64,000 nt of DNA from assembly GCA_043228905.1 (NCBI GenBank), contig JBHGNT010000010.1:12896001-12960000 (forward strand). The letters run 5' to 3'. The translations under genes and the position numbers were made by a program. The DNA is from Azolla caroliniana (lineage: Eukaryota; Plantae; Polypodiophyta). Of this stretch, positions 51,107 through 62,500 are shown piece by piece. Numbering within the stretch: position 1 is the stretch's first letter; the number at the start of each line of letters is the position of its first letter. The notes under the pieces were generated by a model. That model ran no database searches. It was not told where the DNA came from and saw nothing but the letters and a program-made list of their open reading frames with translations.

Positions 51107-54100
51107 TGTCAAGATTCGAACTCTTGACACGACCATGTTATAATCTAGTATTATGAGTTAACCAAGATATCTAGTACATAGTTATGTATGTAATTGGTCC
51201 TTATTATTTTGCTAGCATGATGTGCATAGTTGCTCCCTTGTAGTATTTACACTTGGCACATGCATGCATACCTACATGCTCTATTGTAGATTCACATGCG
51301 TGCAACAAGTATGCATGCCATGTAGTATAAATAGAGGAGTTCACCTTGAAGGATTTCAAGGTGAACAATACCAGTTATGGAGTCTTTCCTTTAATACTAT
51401 CTTCTTTCTTGTCCATTTGGTTATCTTCTTGCTTGTCTCTTGAGCTTATGATCCGTCACAATTTGTTCACCTTCCCATCCTCATAGCTCTCCCTCTCATA
51501 AGCCATAGCTATGTCCGACTCAACTAGTGAGTTAGGCCAAATAATGGTAGCCTTACGACAACTACAACTTGAAAATGAAGCTCTTCAAAATTCTTTACAA
51601 GAGCTTCAAGTCGGTACCTCCCTATCCTCACAGCCCCCGAGCCCTAGTCTCCCACAACAACCTCGCCTAGAGCCCGATCTTCTACCAACAGCTAGCCTAG
51701 CTTCGTCTCAGTTTCTTGAGCCTAAGGTTAGCCTCCCAAAAAAATTTGATGGAACGAGGTCGCGTTTCCGAGGGTTCATCAACCAAGTTTGACTTATCAT
51801 TCAGCTACAACCTCAACGTTATGGAGATGGTCTTCGACAAGTCGGCCTTGTGGGCACCCTTCTCTCCTGTCCGGCCCAAGCTTGGTTTGCACCATTGGTA
51901 GAAACCTCGTCACCTCTATTGCAACACTTTCCCGCCTTCCTCGCCAAGTTAGACGCCACATTTGGAGAGACGAACCGATGACGTACAACTCTTAACAAGA
52001 TTTATACACTCGAACAAGGTTCGTGTGCAGCTTCGGTCTATGCTTCGGTCTATGCTTCAGAATTTCGACATCTAGCATGCGACCTCAATTGGGATGATCA
52101 AGCTTTAGCTGATCACTTTCGGCGCAGCCTTCGAAGCAATGTCAAGAATCTTCTCTTAAAATTTCCGGAGCCCACCTCGTTATCCCAAGCGATTTCACAA
52201 GCAGTCCATTGTGACAATCGTATTTTCGAATTCCGCCAAGAAGAGCACCGGACTTGGGTTCCACCTCATTCACTTCCACGCCACACCCCGGTCATAGAAC
52301 CCCAGGCATCCTCACACTCGCCTACTTTGGTAGATGCTCCTGTCCCCATGGAAATTGATCAAGCCCGATTTCGGCCATTGACTGATGTTGAACGACAATT
52401 TCGGCGGGCTAATGGCTTGTGCATGTATTGTGGCGCCTCCGGTCATGTCGTTCGCCATTGTCCTAGGAGTACTTGCCCACAATTCCAACGAGCTAACGAA
52501 CCCCAACATCTGGAAAACGACATCGTTCGGTTGCAGTAGGAGCCATGCAACTTGACATCTCCCGTCGCCCACATTCTCTTGGTTCCATTGCCGGACCATC
52601 AGGCAATTTCACATTGGAGGTATGGCTTTCGTTTAACTCTAGTTCCATTCAATCTGTTGCTTTACTTGATTCTGGGGCATCTTCTTGCTTCATCGACGTC
52701 GCGTTTGCCCAAGCACATGGTGTACCTGTCGTTGGCCTCTCAAAACCCAATAAATTCCAGTTGAAGCCATTGACGGGTGCGTCCTCTCGTCAGGTGCAAT
52801 TACTCAAGCTACAATCCCATTAGGGCTTCGGGTGGGCTCACACCAGGAGGAGCTCGCCTTTTACCTCATCGCATCTCCTCGACATCCGATCGTCTTAGGA
52901 CTAACGTGGTTAGAGGCGCACAATCCAATAGTGGATTGGTGCAACAACTCGATCACATTTAGCAAACCAAGGTGCTCGTGCAAAAGTATGAAGGTAAATT
53001 CAGTTTCCTATCCTTTGGAGACGGTCGACTCCGAATTGACTACCCCATCATCGGTCCAGGATGGGTTTGTTTGTGGTGCCATTTCTAACACACTCCATGT
53101 TATTCCCAAAAAATACCAACACTTCTCCGACGTATTTGAAAAATGTAATGTTGATCGTTTGCCTGAACACCGGCTCTACGATTGTCCGATTGATCTTCAA
53201 GAAGGTGCGTGTCCACCCTTTGGTCCTCTATATGCATTGTCTGCACCAGAGTTGAAGGCCCTTCGTGTTTATCTCGATGAGAACCTCGAGAAAGGATTTA
53301 TTCAACCTTCTAAGTCACCATCCAGGATCCCCATTTTATTTGTGAAGAAGAAGGACGACTCTCTACACTTATGCGTCGACTACCGAGGTCTCAACAAACT
53401 CACAGTGCGCAACCGCTATCCGTTACCTCTGATCCCCGAACTCCTTGATCGGCTCCGAGTTGCGCGTGTCTTCTCCAAAGTTGATCTGCGTAGAGCGTAC
53501 AATCTAGTACGCATCAAGCGGGGGGATGAATGGAAAACCGCATTTCAAACACGGTATGGGCATTTCGAATACAAGGTAATGCCTTTTGGTCTTACTAACG
53601 CTCCCAGAGTTTTTCAACATATGATGAACGATATATTCCGGGAATATCTTGATCTTTTTGTTGTCATTTACCTCGATGATATTCTCATTTTCTCCCCAAA
53701 CATGGAGGAGCACACTCACCAAGTCCGATTAGTTCTTGCCAAACTTCGCGAGCATGGCCTTTATGCCAAAGGCGAGAAATGCGAGTTCGACCGTACCTCG
53801 ATCGAATTTCTGGGCTACATCATCTTGCCCACTGGCATCAACATGGATATGAAGAAGGTCTCTGTCATTCAGGTGTGGGTGACTCCAAGGTGACTTAAAG
53901 ATGTGCAATCCTTCCTCGGCTTCACGAATTTTTACCGTCGCTTCATCAAGGGGTTTTCCACCCTAGCACAACCTCTTATCGCTCTCACCCATAAAGGTAG
54001 TCCATTTTTGTGGACTTCGGAGGCGCAAAATGCGTTCGACTCACTCAAACACACATTCATCACTGCCCCGATGCTGCTACATGCCGACCCCACAAAACCT

Positions 54101-56403
54101 TTCCAAGTCGAAACTGATGCCTCTGACTTTGCCATTGGTGCCATCTTATCCTAGGCAAACGACAACAACCTAATGCACCCGGTGGCTTACTATTCCCAAA
54201 AATTTACGGCATTCGAAATCAATCATCCCATTTACGACAAGGAGCTTGCTGCTATCATTGCTGCCTTTGAAGAATGGCAACCCTACTTGGCCGGCGCACA
54301 ACATCGTGTCCAAGTAGTGACTGATCATAAAAATTTAGTTTATTTTTCCGCCACTCGTACTTTGAATCGAAAGCAGGCCCGTTGGTCGACATTTCTCACC
54401 GACTACGATTTTGAGATCGTATTTCGACCTGGTGGCCAACATGGGAAGGCTGATGCCCTTTCTCGCCGAGCTGACCTTGCACTCCACCCTGGGGATGCTG
54501 GTTATGCTCAACAGTCTAGACGTTTGTTGATACCCGACCAATTGCATCTTTTTGCCACTTGTATGTTGTAGGATGATTCTTTACTCCAACAAATCACTAA
54601 TGCATCCAAGATCGATGCGTTCACCAACAAGATTCGAGACAGTCTGCAAAACCCCTCCAAGGCGACCAAAATGAAGGATCTTGACACCTTCACCATACAA
54701 GAAGGTTTGTTGTTCCGAGATCATCTCTTATACGTCCCAGAGGGCCCATGTCGCACCCGGGTGTTGCGGGAATGCCACGATGACCCACTTGCAAGTCATT
54801 TCGGGGTCGCGAAAACCCTCGAGCTAACCTCTCGGGGGTATTGGTGGCCACAACCATGGAAGTTGGTCAAAGAATACATAAAGAGTTGTGAGGTTTGTGC
54901 TCGCTCCAAAGCCATTCATCATCGGCCATACGGCTTACTACAGCCGCTTCCATGTTCTCGTCGTCCTTGGGCCTCTATTTCTATGGACCTGATAACTGAT
55001 CTACCCTTGGTCAATAGCTATGACTCAGTGTTGGTCGTTGTCGATCGGTTTATGAAGATGGCTCACTTCACTCCATGCTCCAAAACCATTTCCGGAGAAG
55101 GAATGGTGCATCTACTACTCAACAATGTGGTACGCTTGCATGGACTCCCCGATGATGTCATCTCGGATCGCGGACCCCAGTTTGTCTCTCACTTTTGGCA
55201 GCGCCTGCTACAAACTTTAGGCATCTCTGTGAAGTTGTCATCCGCTTATCACCCCCAAACTCACGGGCAAACGGAGCGTGTCAACCAAATCCTTGAGCAG
55301 TATCTTCGGTGCTCGGTTAGTTAGCAACAAGATGATTGGGTCAACTTACTTTCGCTCGCGGAATTCGCCTACAATAATTCTCTCCATGCATTGAATGGCG
55401 TCACTCCCTTCTTTGCCAACTATGGTTTACATCCTCGCTTCAACATTTCCCTTCCTACCACTTCCGTGAACCCTTCGGCGGAGGATCGCGCTCGCATTTT
55501 GGAAGAACTACATCATGATTTATCCTTGGAGCTTAGTCTTGCTAGTGAACGATACAAGAAGCAGGCTGATCACCATCGATCTTCCACTCCACACTTTGTC
55601 GTTGGAGACATGGTTTGGTTGTTACGTCGACACATCTCTACTACTCGTCCATGTGCGAAACTTGATTACAAGAAGTTGGGGCCATTCCGTATCATCGAGT
55701 GCATCAATCCCGTCGCCTTCTGGCTCGCCCTTCCATCCCACTTCCGGATTCACAATGTTTTTCATGTCTCCCTCCTCGAACCCCATTATGCTTCACAACT
55801 CCCAGGACGTCAGGCCCCACCACCACCACCTATGCAATTGACGACCGGGGAGGAATACGAGGTCGACCAAATCCTTGACTCACGTTGGCACCGTCGACAC
55901 TTGCAATACCTCGTTCTATGGAGGGGTTACCCCATGTCTGAGGCCACGTGGAAACCATCGGCAAATTTACAAAATGCCCCAGATTTTCATCACCGATATC
56001 CCCACAAACCAGTGGCTGATTTGGGAAGGCGGCGTAGGAATGGGGATAATGTCAAGATTTGAACTCTTGACACGACCATGTTATAATCTAGTATTATGAG
56101 TTAACCAAGATATCTAGTACATAGTTATGTATGTAATTGGTCCTTATTATTTTTCTAGCATGATGTGCATAGTTGCTCCCTTGTAGTATTTACACTTGGC
56201 ACATGCATGCATACCTACATGATCTATTGTAGATTCACATGCGTGCAACAAGTATGCATGCCATGTAGTATAAATAGAGGAGTTCACCTTAAAGGATTTC
56301 AAGGTGAACAACATTAGTTATGGAGTCTTTCCTTTAATACTATCTTCTTTCTTGTCCATTTGGTTATCTTCTTCCTTGTCTCTTGAGGTTATGATCCGTG
56401 ACA
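51107..56403 (+). mobile_element. Ty3/gypsy chromovirus, Tcn1/Tf1-like, full length
   Basis: 354-bp LTRs at 51107-51460 and 56050-56403, TSD catag, purine-rich tract before 56050, no tRNA-type PBS. Confidence 0.96.
51511..56062 (+). pseudogene. Gag, PR, RT, RH, IN and chromodomain with premature stops
   Basis: PKKFDGTRSRFRGF, CMYCGASGHVVRHC, LLDSGASSCF, YLDDILI, VETDASD, SDRGPQF, EEYEVDQILDSR..YLVLWRGY..EATW. Confidence 0.94.
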
Positions 56404-56823
56404 CATAGTGGCCTTGATGTTGTGTTCTAGAAGCCATACATGATCCCCCACATAAAACTTTTTTGAGGAGTCTAGGCGATGACGGTCCACAATCCTCTTG
56501 TATATACTTTGAGCATCAGGCAAATTGTGGAGAATGGTAGCAAGAATTTCTTGTAGCCGACTGAGACGATATGTGTAGTCTAGTTGGTTCGGATCGTTGG
56601 TTTTTACTCGAGACGCCTGGGTACAACTACATGCATTGCAAACTCTAGATACATCATAGATCATGAGTTAATGTGGGATCGATAAAAACCCTTGAACTTA
56701 TTACATCTTAAAAACGAGAGTATGTTAGAAGAATCCTCAGTTGTTCGGTAACGGTTGCGCAATACATAAATATTATTTATTTCTAGTCAATGATTACAAT
56801 ATTAAAAAGTACACAAGATGTGA

Positions 56824-56896
56824 TCCACTGTAGTCTAGTTGGTTAGGATACTCGAGTTGAACCCGAGAGACCCGGGTTCAACTCCCGGCAATGGAA
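56824..56896 (+). pseudogene. tRNA-Glu-derived copy with a rewritten anticodon loop (gtTGAac)
   Basis: Otherwise near-consensus, with intact A and B boxes. Confidence 0.8.
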
Positions 56897-57585
56897 AAGA
56901 AAATACCAAATGTCAAATTTCCGACGCATGTCATATGTAGTTGTTACAATCAGGTACAATTAACAAAATAATCAATATTATGTTGGAAGGATTGATGACG
57001 AACTTTACTTTGATTTTTTTCTCCTAACGTCAATCTCTAAAGTAAACCCCATTATTTGATTAATGGTAGAGGTATCAAATGAAATTAGACAAAACATTAT
57101 GTTATTCGGGACAAGAAGAAGCAATGTATTTAGTCGTGGTTATTCCTCAACATTGTCAACAAAAATTAGTGCACCAACAATTATAGTTTGGATAACTTGA
57201 TACAATATCAAAAAATACGCATACATTGTAGAATAATGGTCAACTTTCGATGAGCATTGCACAATGTTTCTTTATTTGTAGCAAAGCAGTAGAATATTAC
57301 ATTAACTATTTCATTTACTAAATGAATTCAATTGTAGTCTAGTCAGTTCGGAACCTTGCTTTTTACCAGAGACGCCCGAGTACAACTACACGCATTGGAA
57401 ACACTAGATACATCATAGATCATGAGTTAATGTGGCATCCATAAAAACCCTTCAAATTATTAAATCTTAAAAACGAGAGTGTGTTAGAATAATCCTGCAA
57501 CTTTCGTTGATGCTTGCGCAATATATAAATATTATTTAATACTAATCAATGATTGCAATATTAAGAACTGCCGCACAAGATGTGA

Positions 57586-57658
57586 TCCATTGTAGTCTAG
57601 TTGGTTAGGATACTCGGCTCTCACTTGAGAGACTCGGGTTCAATTGCGGGCAATGGGA
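57586..57658 (+). pseudogene. tRNA-Glu(CTC) pseudogene
   Basis: Degenerate copy. Confidence 0.8.
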
Positions 57659-57838
57659 AACACAATATCATATATCAAATTCCCGACGCATTTCATGTGT
57701 TCACTGTTTGATAACTCAAAAACTGAAGACCTAAACTAGCTGTTACAATAATGTACAATTAACAAAAAAATCAATATAATGTTTCAAGGATTGATTTTTA
57801 ATGAATGATTGCAATATTAAAAAGTGCACAAGATGTAA

Positions 57839-57911
57839 TGCATTGTAGTATAGTTGGTTTGGATACTCGGCTCTCACCCGAGAGACCCGGGTTCAACTCT
57901 CGGCAATTAAA
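57839..57911 (+). pseudogene. tRNA-Glu(CTC) pseudogene in a shortened unit
   Basis: Only 253 bp after the previous copy; acceptor stem is mutated. Confidence 0.8.
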
Positions 57912-58684
57912 ACGACATTATCATATATCAAATTTCCGACGTATGTCATTTGTTAACTTTATGAGAACTCAAAATTCAAGACCTAAAGTAGCTGCTACAA
58001 TAATGTACAATTCACAAAATAAGGGATATTATATTTGAGGGATTGATGACGAACTTTACTTTGATTTTTTTCTCCTAACATCAATTTCTAAACTTATTTC
58101 CATTATTCGATTAATGCTAGAGGTTTCAAATGAAATTTGACAAAACATTATGTTTTTCGGGACAACAAAAAGCATGATATTTAGTCGTGGTTATTCCTCA
58201 ACATTGTTACGACAAATTAGTACACCAACAGTTATAGTTTGGACAACTTGACACAATTTCAAACAATACGCATAGATTGTAGAATAATGGTCAATCTACA
58301 ATCTACAAACATTTGACCATTATTCTACAATCTATGCGTATTTTTTGAAATTGTATCAAGTTATCCAAACTATAATTGTTGGTGTACTACTTTGCCATAA
58401 CAATCTTGAGGAATAAGCACGACTAAATATACTGCTTTTTCTTCTCCAGAACAACATAATGTTTTGTCAAATTTCATTTGAAACCTCTACCATTAATCGA
58501 ATAATGGGATTAAGTTTAGAAATTGATGTTAGGAGAAAAAAATTAAAATAAAGCTAACCATCAATCCTACAAACATAATCTTAACTATTTTGTTAATTGT
58601 ACATTATTGTAAAAGATACTTTGGGTCTGGAGTTAACAGTTGACATATGAGATGCGTCAGAAATTGGATATTTGATATTGTCTT

Positions 58685-58757
58685 TTCCAACGCCGGGAGT
58701 TGAACCTGGATCTCTCGGGTGAGGGCCGAGTATGCTAACCAACTAGACTACAATGGA
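58685..58757 (-). pseudogene. tRNA-Glu(CTC) pseudogene
   Basis: Reverse-complement copy with U33>C and stem changes. Confidence 0.8.
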
Positions 58758-59479
58758 TCACATCTTGTGTGCTTTTTAATATTGCAATCATTGATTAGGA
58801 ATAAATAATATTTATATATTGCGCAAGCATTAACGAGAAACTGAGGATTATTGTAACACACTCCCGTTTTTAAGATTTGATAATTTCAAGCTTTTTATCA
58901 ATGCCACATAAACTCATGATCTATGATGTATCTAGTGTTTCCAATGCCTGTACTTGTACCCGGGCGTCTCGGGTAAAAAGCAAGGATGTGAACCAACTAG
59001 ATTATTAGGGAATTCATTTAGTAATTGAATTAGTTAATGTAATATTCTAGTCCTTTGTTACAAATAAAGAAACATGGTGCAATGTTTATTGACTGTTGAC
59101 CATTATTCTGCAATTTATGCGTATTGTTTGAAATTGTATCAAGTTATCCAAAATATAATTGATGGTATACTAATTTGTCGTAACAATGTTTAGGAATAAC
59201 CACGACTAAATATACTACTTCCTCTTGTCCCGAACAACATAAGGTTTTGTCAAATTTCATTTGAAACCTCTACCATTCATCGAATAATGGGATTAAGTTT
59301 CAACATTGATGTGAGGAGAAAAAAATCAAAGAAAAGTTTGTCATCAATCCTACAAACATCATATTGATTATTTCGTTAATTGTACATTATTGCAATAGCT
59401 ACTTTAGGTCATGAGTTTTTGAGTTAGCAATCAATTAACACATAACATGAGTCGGAAATCTGATATTTGATATTGTCTT

Positions 59480-59552
59480 TTACATTACCGGGAGTTGAAC
59501 TCGGGTCTCTCGGGTGAGAGCCGAGTATCGTAACTAACTAGACTACAATGGA
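59480..59552 (-). pseudogene. tRNA-Glu(CTC) pseudogene; sister copies at 60255-60327, 61037-61109, 61805-61877, 62588-62660, 63363-63435
   Basis: All share G18>A (agttagtt), cccgag in the T stem, and ggtaatgta in the acceptor 3' strand. Confidence 0.85.
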
Positions 59553-62500
59553 TCACATATTGTGCACCTTTTAATATTGCAATTAATTGATTAGTAATAA
59601 ATAATATTTATATATTGCCCAAGAATCAACGAAAAAACTCAGGAATATTCTAACACACTCTTGTTTTAGGATTTATCAATGCCACGTTAACTCATGATCT
59701 ATGATGTATCTAGTGTTTCCAATGCCTGTACTTGTACCCGGGCGTCTCATGTAAAAAGCAAGGATCTGAACATCCTTGATTATTAGAGAATTCATTTAGT
59801 AATTGAATTAGTTAATATAATATTCTAGTTCTTTGCTACAAATAAAGAAACATGGTGCAATGTTTATCGATTGTTGACCATTATTCTGCAATTTAGGCGT
59901 ATTGTTTGAAATTGTATCAAGTTATCCAAAATATAATTGATGGTATACTAATTTGTCGTAACAATGTTTAGGAATAACCACGACTAAATATACTACAGCC
60001 TCTTGTCCCGAACAACATAAGGTTTTGTCAAATTTCATTTGAAACCTCTACCATTAATCGAATAATGGGATTAAGTTTCGACATTGATGTGAGGAGAAAA
60101 AAATCAAAGAAAAGTTTGTCATCAATCCTACAAACATCATATTGATTATTTTGTTAATTGTACATTATTGTAATAGCTACTTTAGGTGAGTTTTTGAGTT
60201 AGCAATCAATTAACACATAACATGAGTCGGAAATTTGATATTTGATATTGTCTTTTACATTACCGGGAGTTGAACTCGGGTCTCTCGGGTGAGAGCCGAG
60301 TATCGTAACTAACAAGACTACAATGGACCACATATTGTGTATGCACCTTTTAATATTGCAATTAATTGATTAGTAATAAATAATATTTATATATTGCCCA
60401 AGAATCAACGAAAAAACTCAGGAATATTCTAACACACTCTCGTTTTTAGGATTTATCGAGGCCACATTAACTCATGATCTATGATGTATCTAGTGTTTCC
60501 AATGCCTGTACTTGTACCTGGGCGTCTCATGTAAAAAGCAAGGATCTGAACCAACTAGATTATTAGGGAATTCATTTAGTAATTGAATTAGTTAATGTAA
60601 TATTCTAGTTCTTTGCTACAAATAAAGAAACATGGTGCAATGTTGATCGACTGTTGACCATTATTCTGCAATTTATGCGTATTGTTTGAAATTGTATCAA
60701 GTTATCCAAAATATAATTGATGGTATACTAATTTGTCGTAACAATGTTTAGGAATAACCACGACTAAATATACTACTTCCTCTTGTCCCGAACAACATAA
60801 GGTTTTGTCAAATTTCATTTGAAACCTCTACCATTAATCGAATAATGGGATTAAGTTTCGACATTGATGTGAGGAGAAAAAAATCAAAGAAAAGTTTGTC
60901 ATCAATCCTACAAATATCATATTGATTTTTTATTAATTGTACATTATTGTAATAGCTACTTTAGGTCATGAGTTTTTGAGTTAGCAATCAATTAACACAT
61001 AACATGAGTCGGAAATTTGATATTTGATATTGTCTTTTACATTACCAGGAGTTGAACTCTGGTCTCTCGGGTGAGAGCCGAGTATCGTAACTAACTAGAC
61101 TACAATGGATCACATATTGTGCGTGATATTGCAATTAATTGATTAGTAATAAATAATATTTATATATTGCCCAAGTATCAACGAAAAAACTCAGGAATAT
61201 TCTAACACACTCTCGATTTTAGGATTAATCAAGGCCACGTTAACTCATGATCTATGATGTATCTAGTGTTTCCAATGCCTGTACTTGTACCTGGGCGTCT
61301 CATGTAAAAAGCAAGGATCTGAACCAACTTGATTATTAGGGAATTCATTTAGTAATTGAATTAGTTAATGTAATATTCTAGTTCTTTGCTACAAATAAAG
61401 AAACATGGTGCAATGTTTATCGACTCTTGACCATTATTCTGCAATTTATGCGTATTGTTTGAAATTGTATCAAGTTATCCAAAATATAATTGATGGTATA
61501 CTAATTTGTCGTAACAATGTTTAGGAATAACCACGACTAAATATACTACTTCCTCTTGTCCCGAACAACATAAGGTTTTGTCAAATTTCATTTGAAACCT
61601 CTACCATTAATCGAATAATGGGATTAAGTTTCGACATTGTGAGGAGAAAAAAATCAAAGAAAAGTTTGTCATCAATCCTACAAACATCATATTGATTATT
61701 TTGTTAATTGTACATTATTGTAATAGCTACTTTAGGTGAGTTTTTGAGTTAACAATCAATTAACACATAACATGAGTCGGAAATTTGATATTTGATATTG
61801 TCCTTTACATTACCGGGAGTTGAACTCGGGCCTCTCGGGTGAGAGCCGAGTATCGTAACTAACTAGACTACAATGGACCACATATTGTGTATGCACCTTT
61901 TAATATTGCAATTAATTGATTAGAAATATATAATATTTGTATATTGCCCAAGAATCAACGAAAAAACTCAGGAATATTCTAACACACTCTCGTTTTTAGG
62001 ATTTATCGAGGCCACGTTAACTCATGATCTATGATGTATCTAGTGTTTCCAATGCCTGTACTTGTACCTGGGCGTCTCATGTAAAAAGCAAGGATCTGAA
62101 CCAACTTGATTATTAGGGAATTCATTTAGTAAATGAATTAGTTAATGTAATATTCTAGTTCTTTGCTACAAATAAAGAAACATGGTGCAATGTTTATCGA
62201 CTGTTGAACATTATTCTGCAATTTATGCATATTGTTTGAAATTGTATCAAGTTATCCAAAATATAATTGATGGTATACTAATTTGTCATAACAATGTTTA
62301 GGAATAACCACGACTAAATATACTACTTCCTCTTGTCCCGAACAACATAAGGTTTTGTCAAATTTCATTTGAAACCTCTACCATTAATCGAATAATGGGA
62401 TTAAGTTTCGACATTGATGTGAGGAGAAAAAAATCAAAGAAAAGTTTGTCATCAATCCTACAAACATCATATTGATGATTTTGTTAATTGTACATTATTG

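Larger units (their letters stand above)
50985..56573 (-). pseudogene. Old gypsy integrase C-terminal (GPY/F) fragment split by gypsy 2 (50985-51106 + 56404-56573)
   Basis: FYVGDHVWLLEHNIKAT|MPSGKLYYRRFGPYEITPKISDVAFRLGLP reads through once the insertion is removed. Confidence 0.8.
390..58294 (+). repeat. tRNA-Glu-containing tandem satellite, ~0.8 kb unit, + orientation, interrupted by many insertions
   Basis: The same ordered motifs recur (ttggataacttgatacaatttc ... gaattccattgtagtctag ... gatgtgatccattgtagtctag ... ttgaaggattgatgacgaac). tRNA starts at 30133, 30933 and 31729 give periods of 800 and 796 bp. Confidence 0.97.

Noticed and set aside
51107-51129. B-box-like hairpin at the LTR start (minus strand gagttcgaatc)
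   Set aside because: No convincing A box, and the motif is altered in the other LTR.
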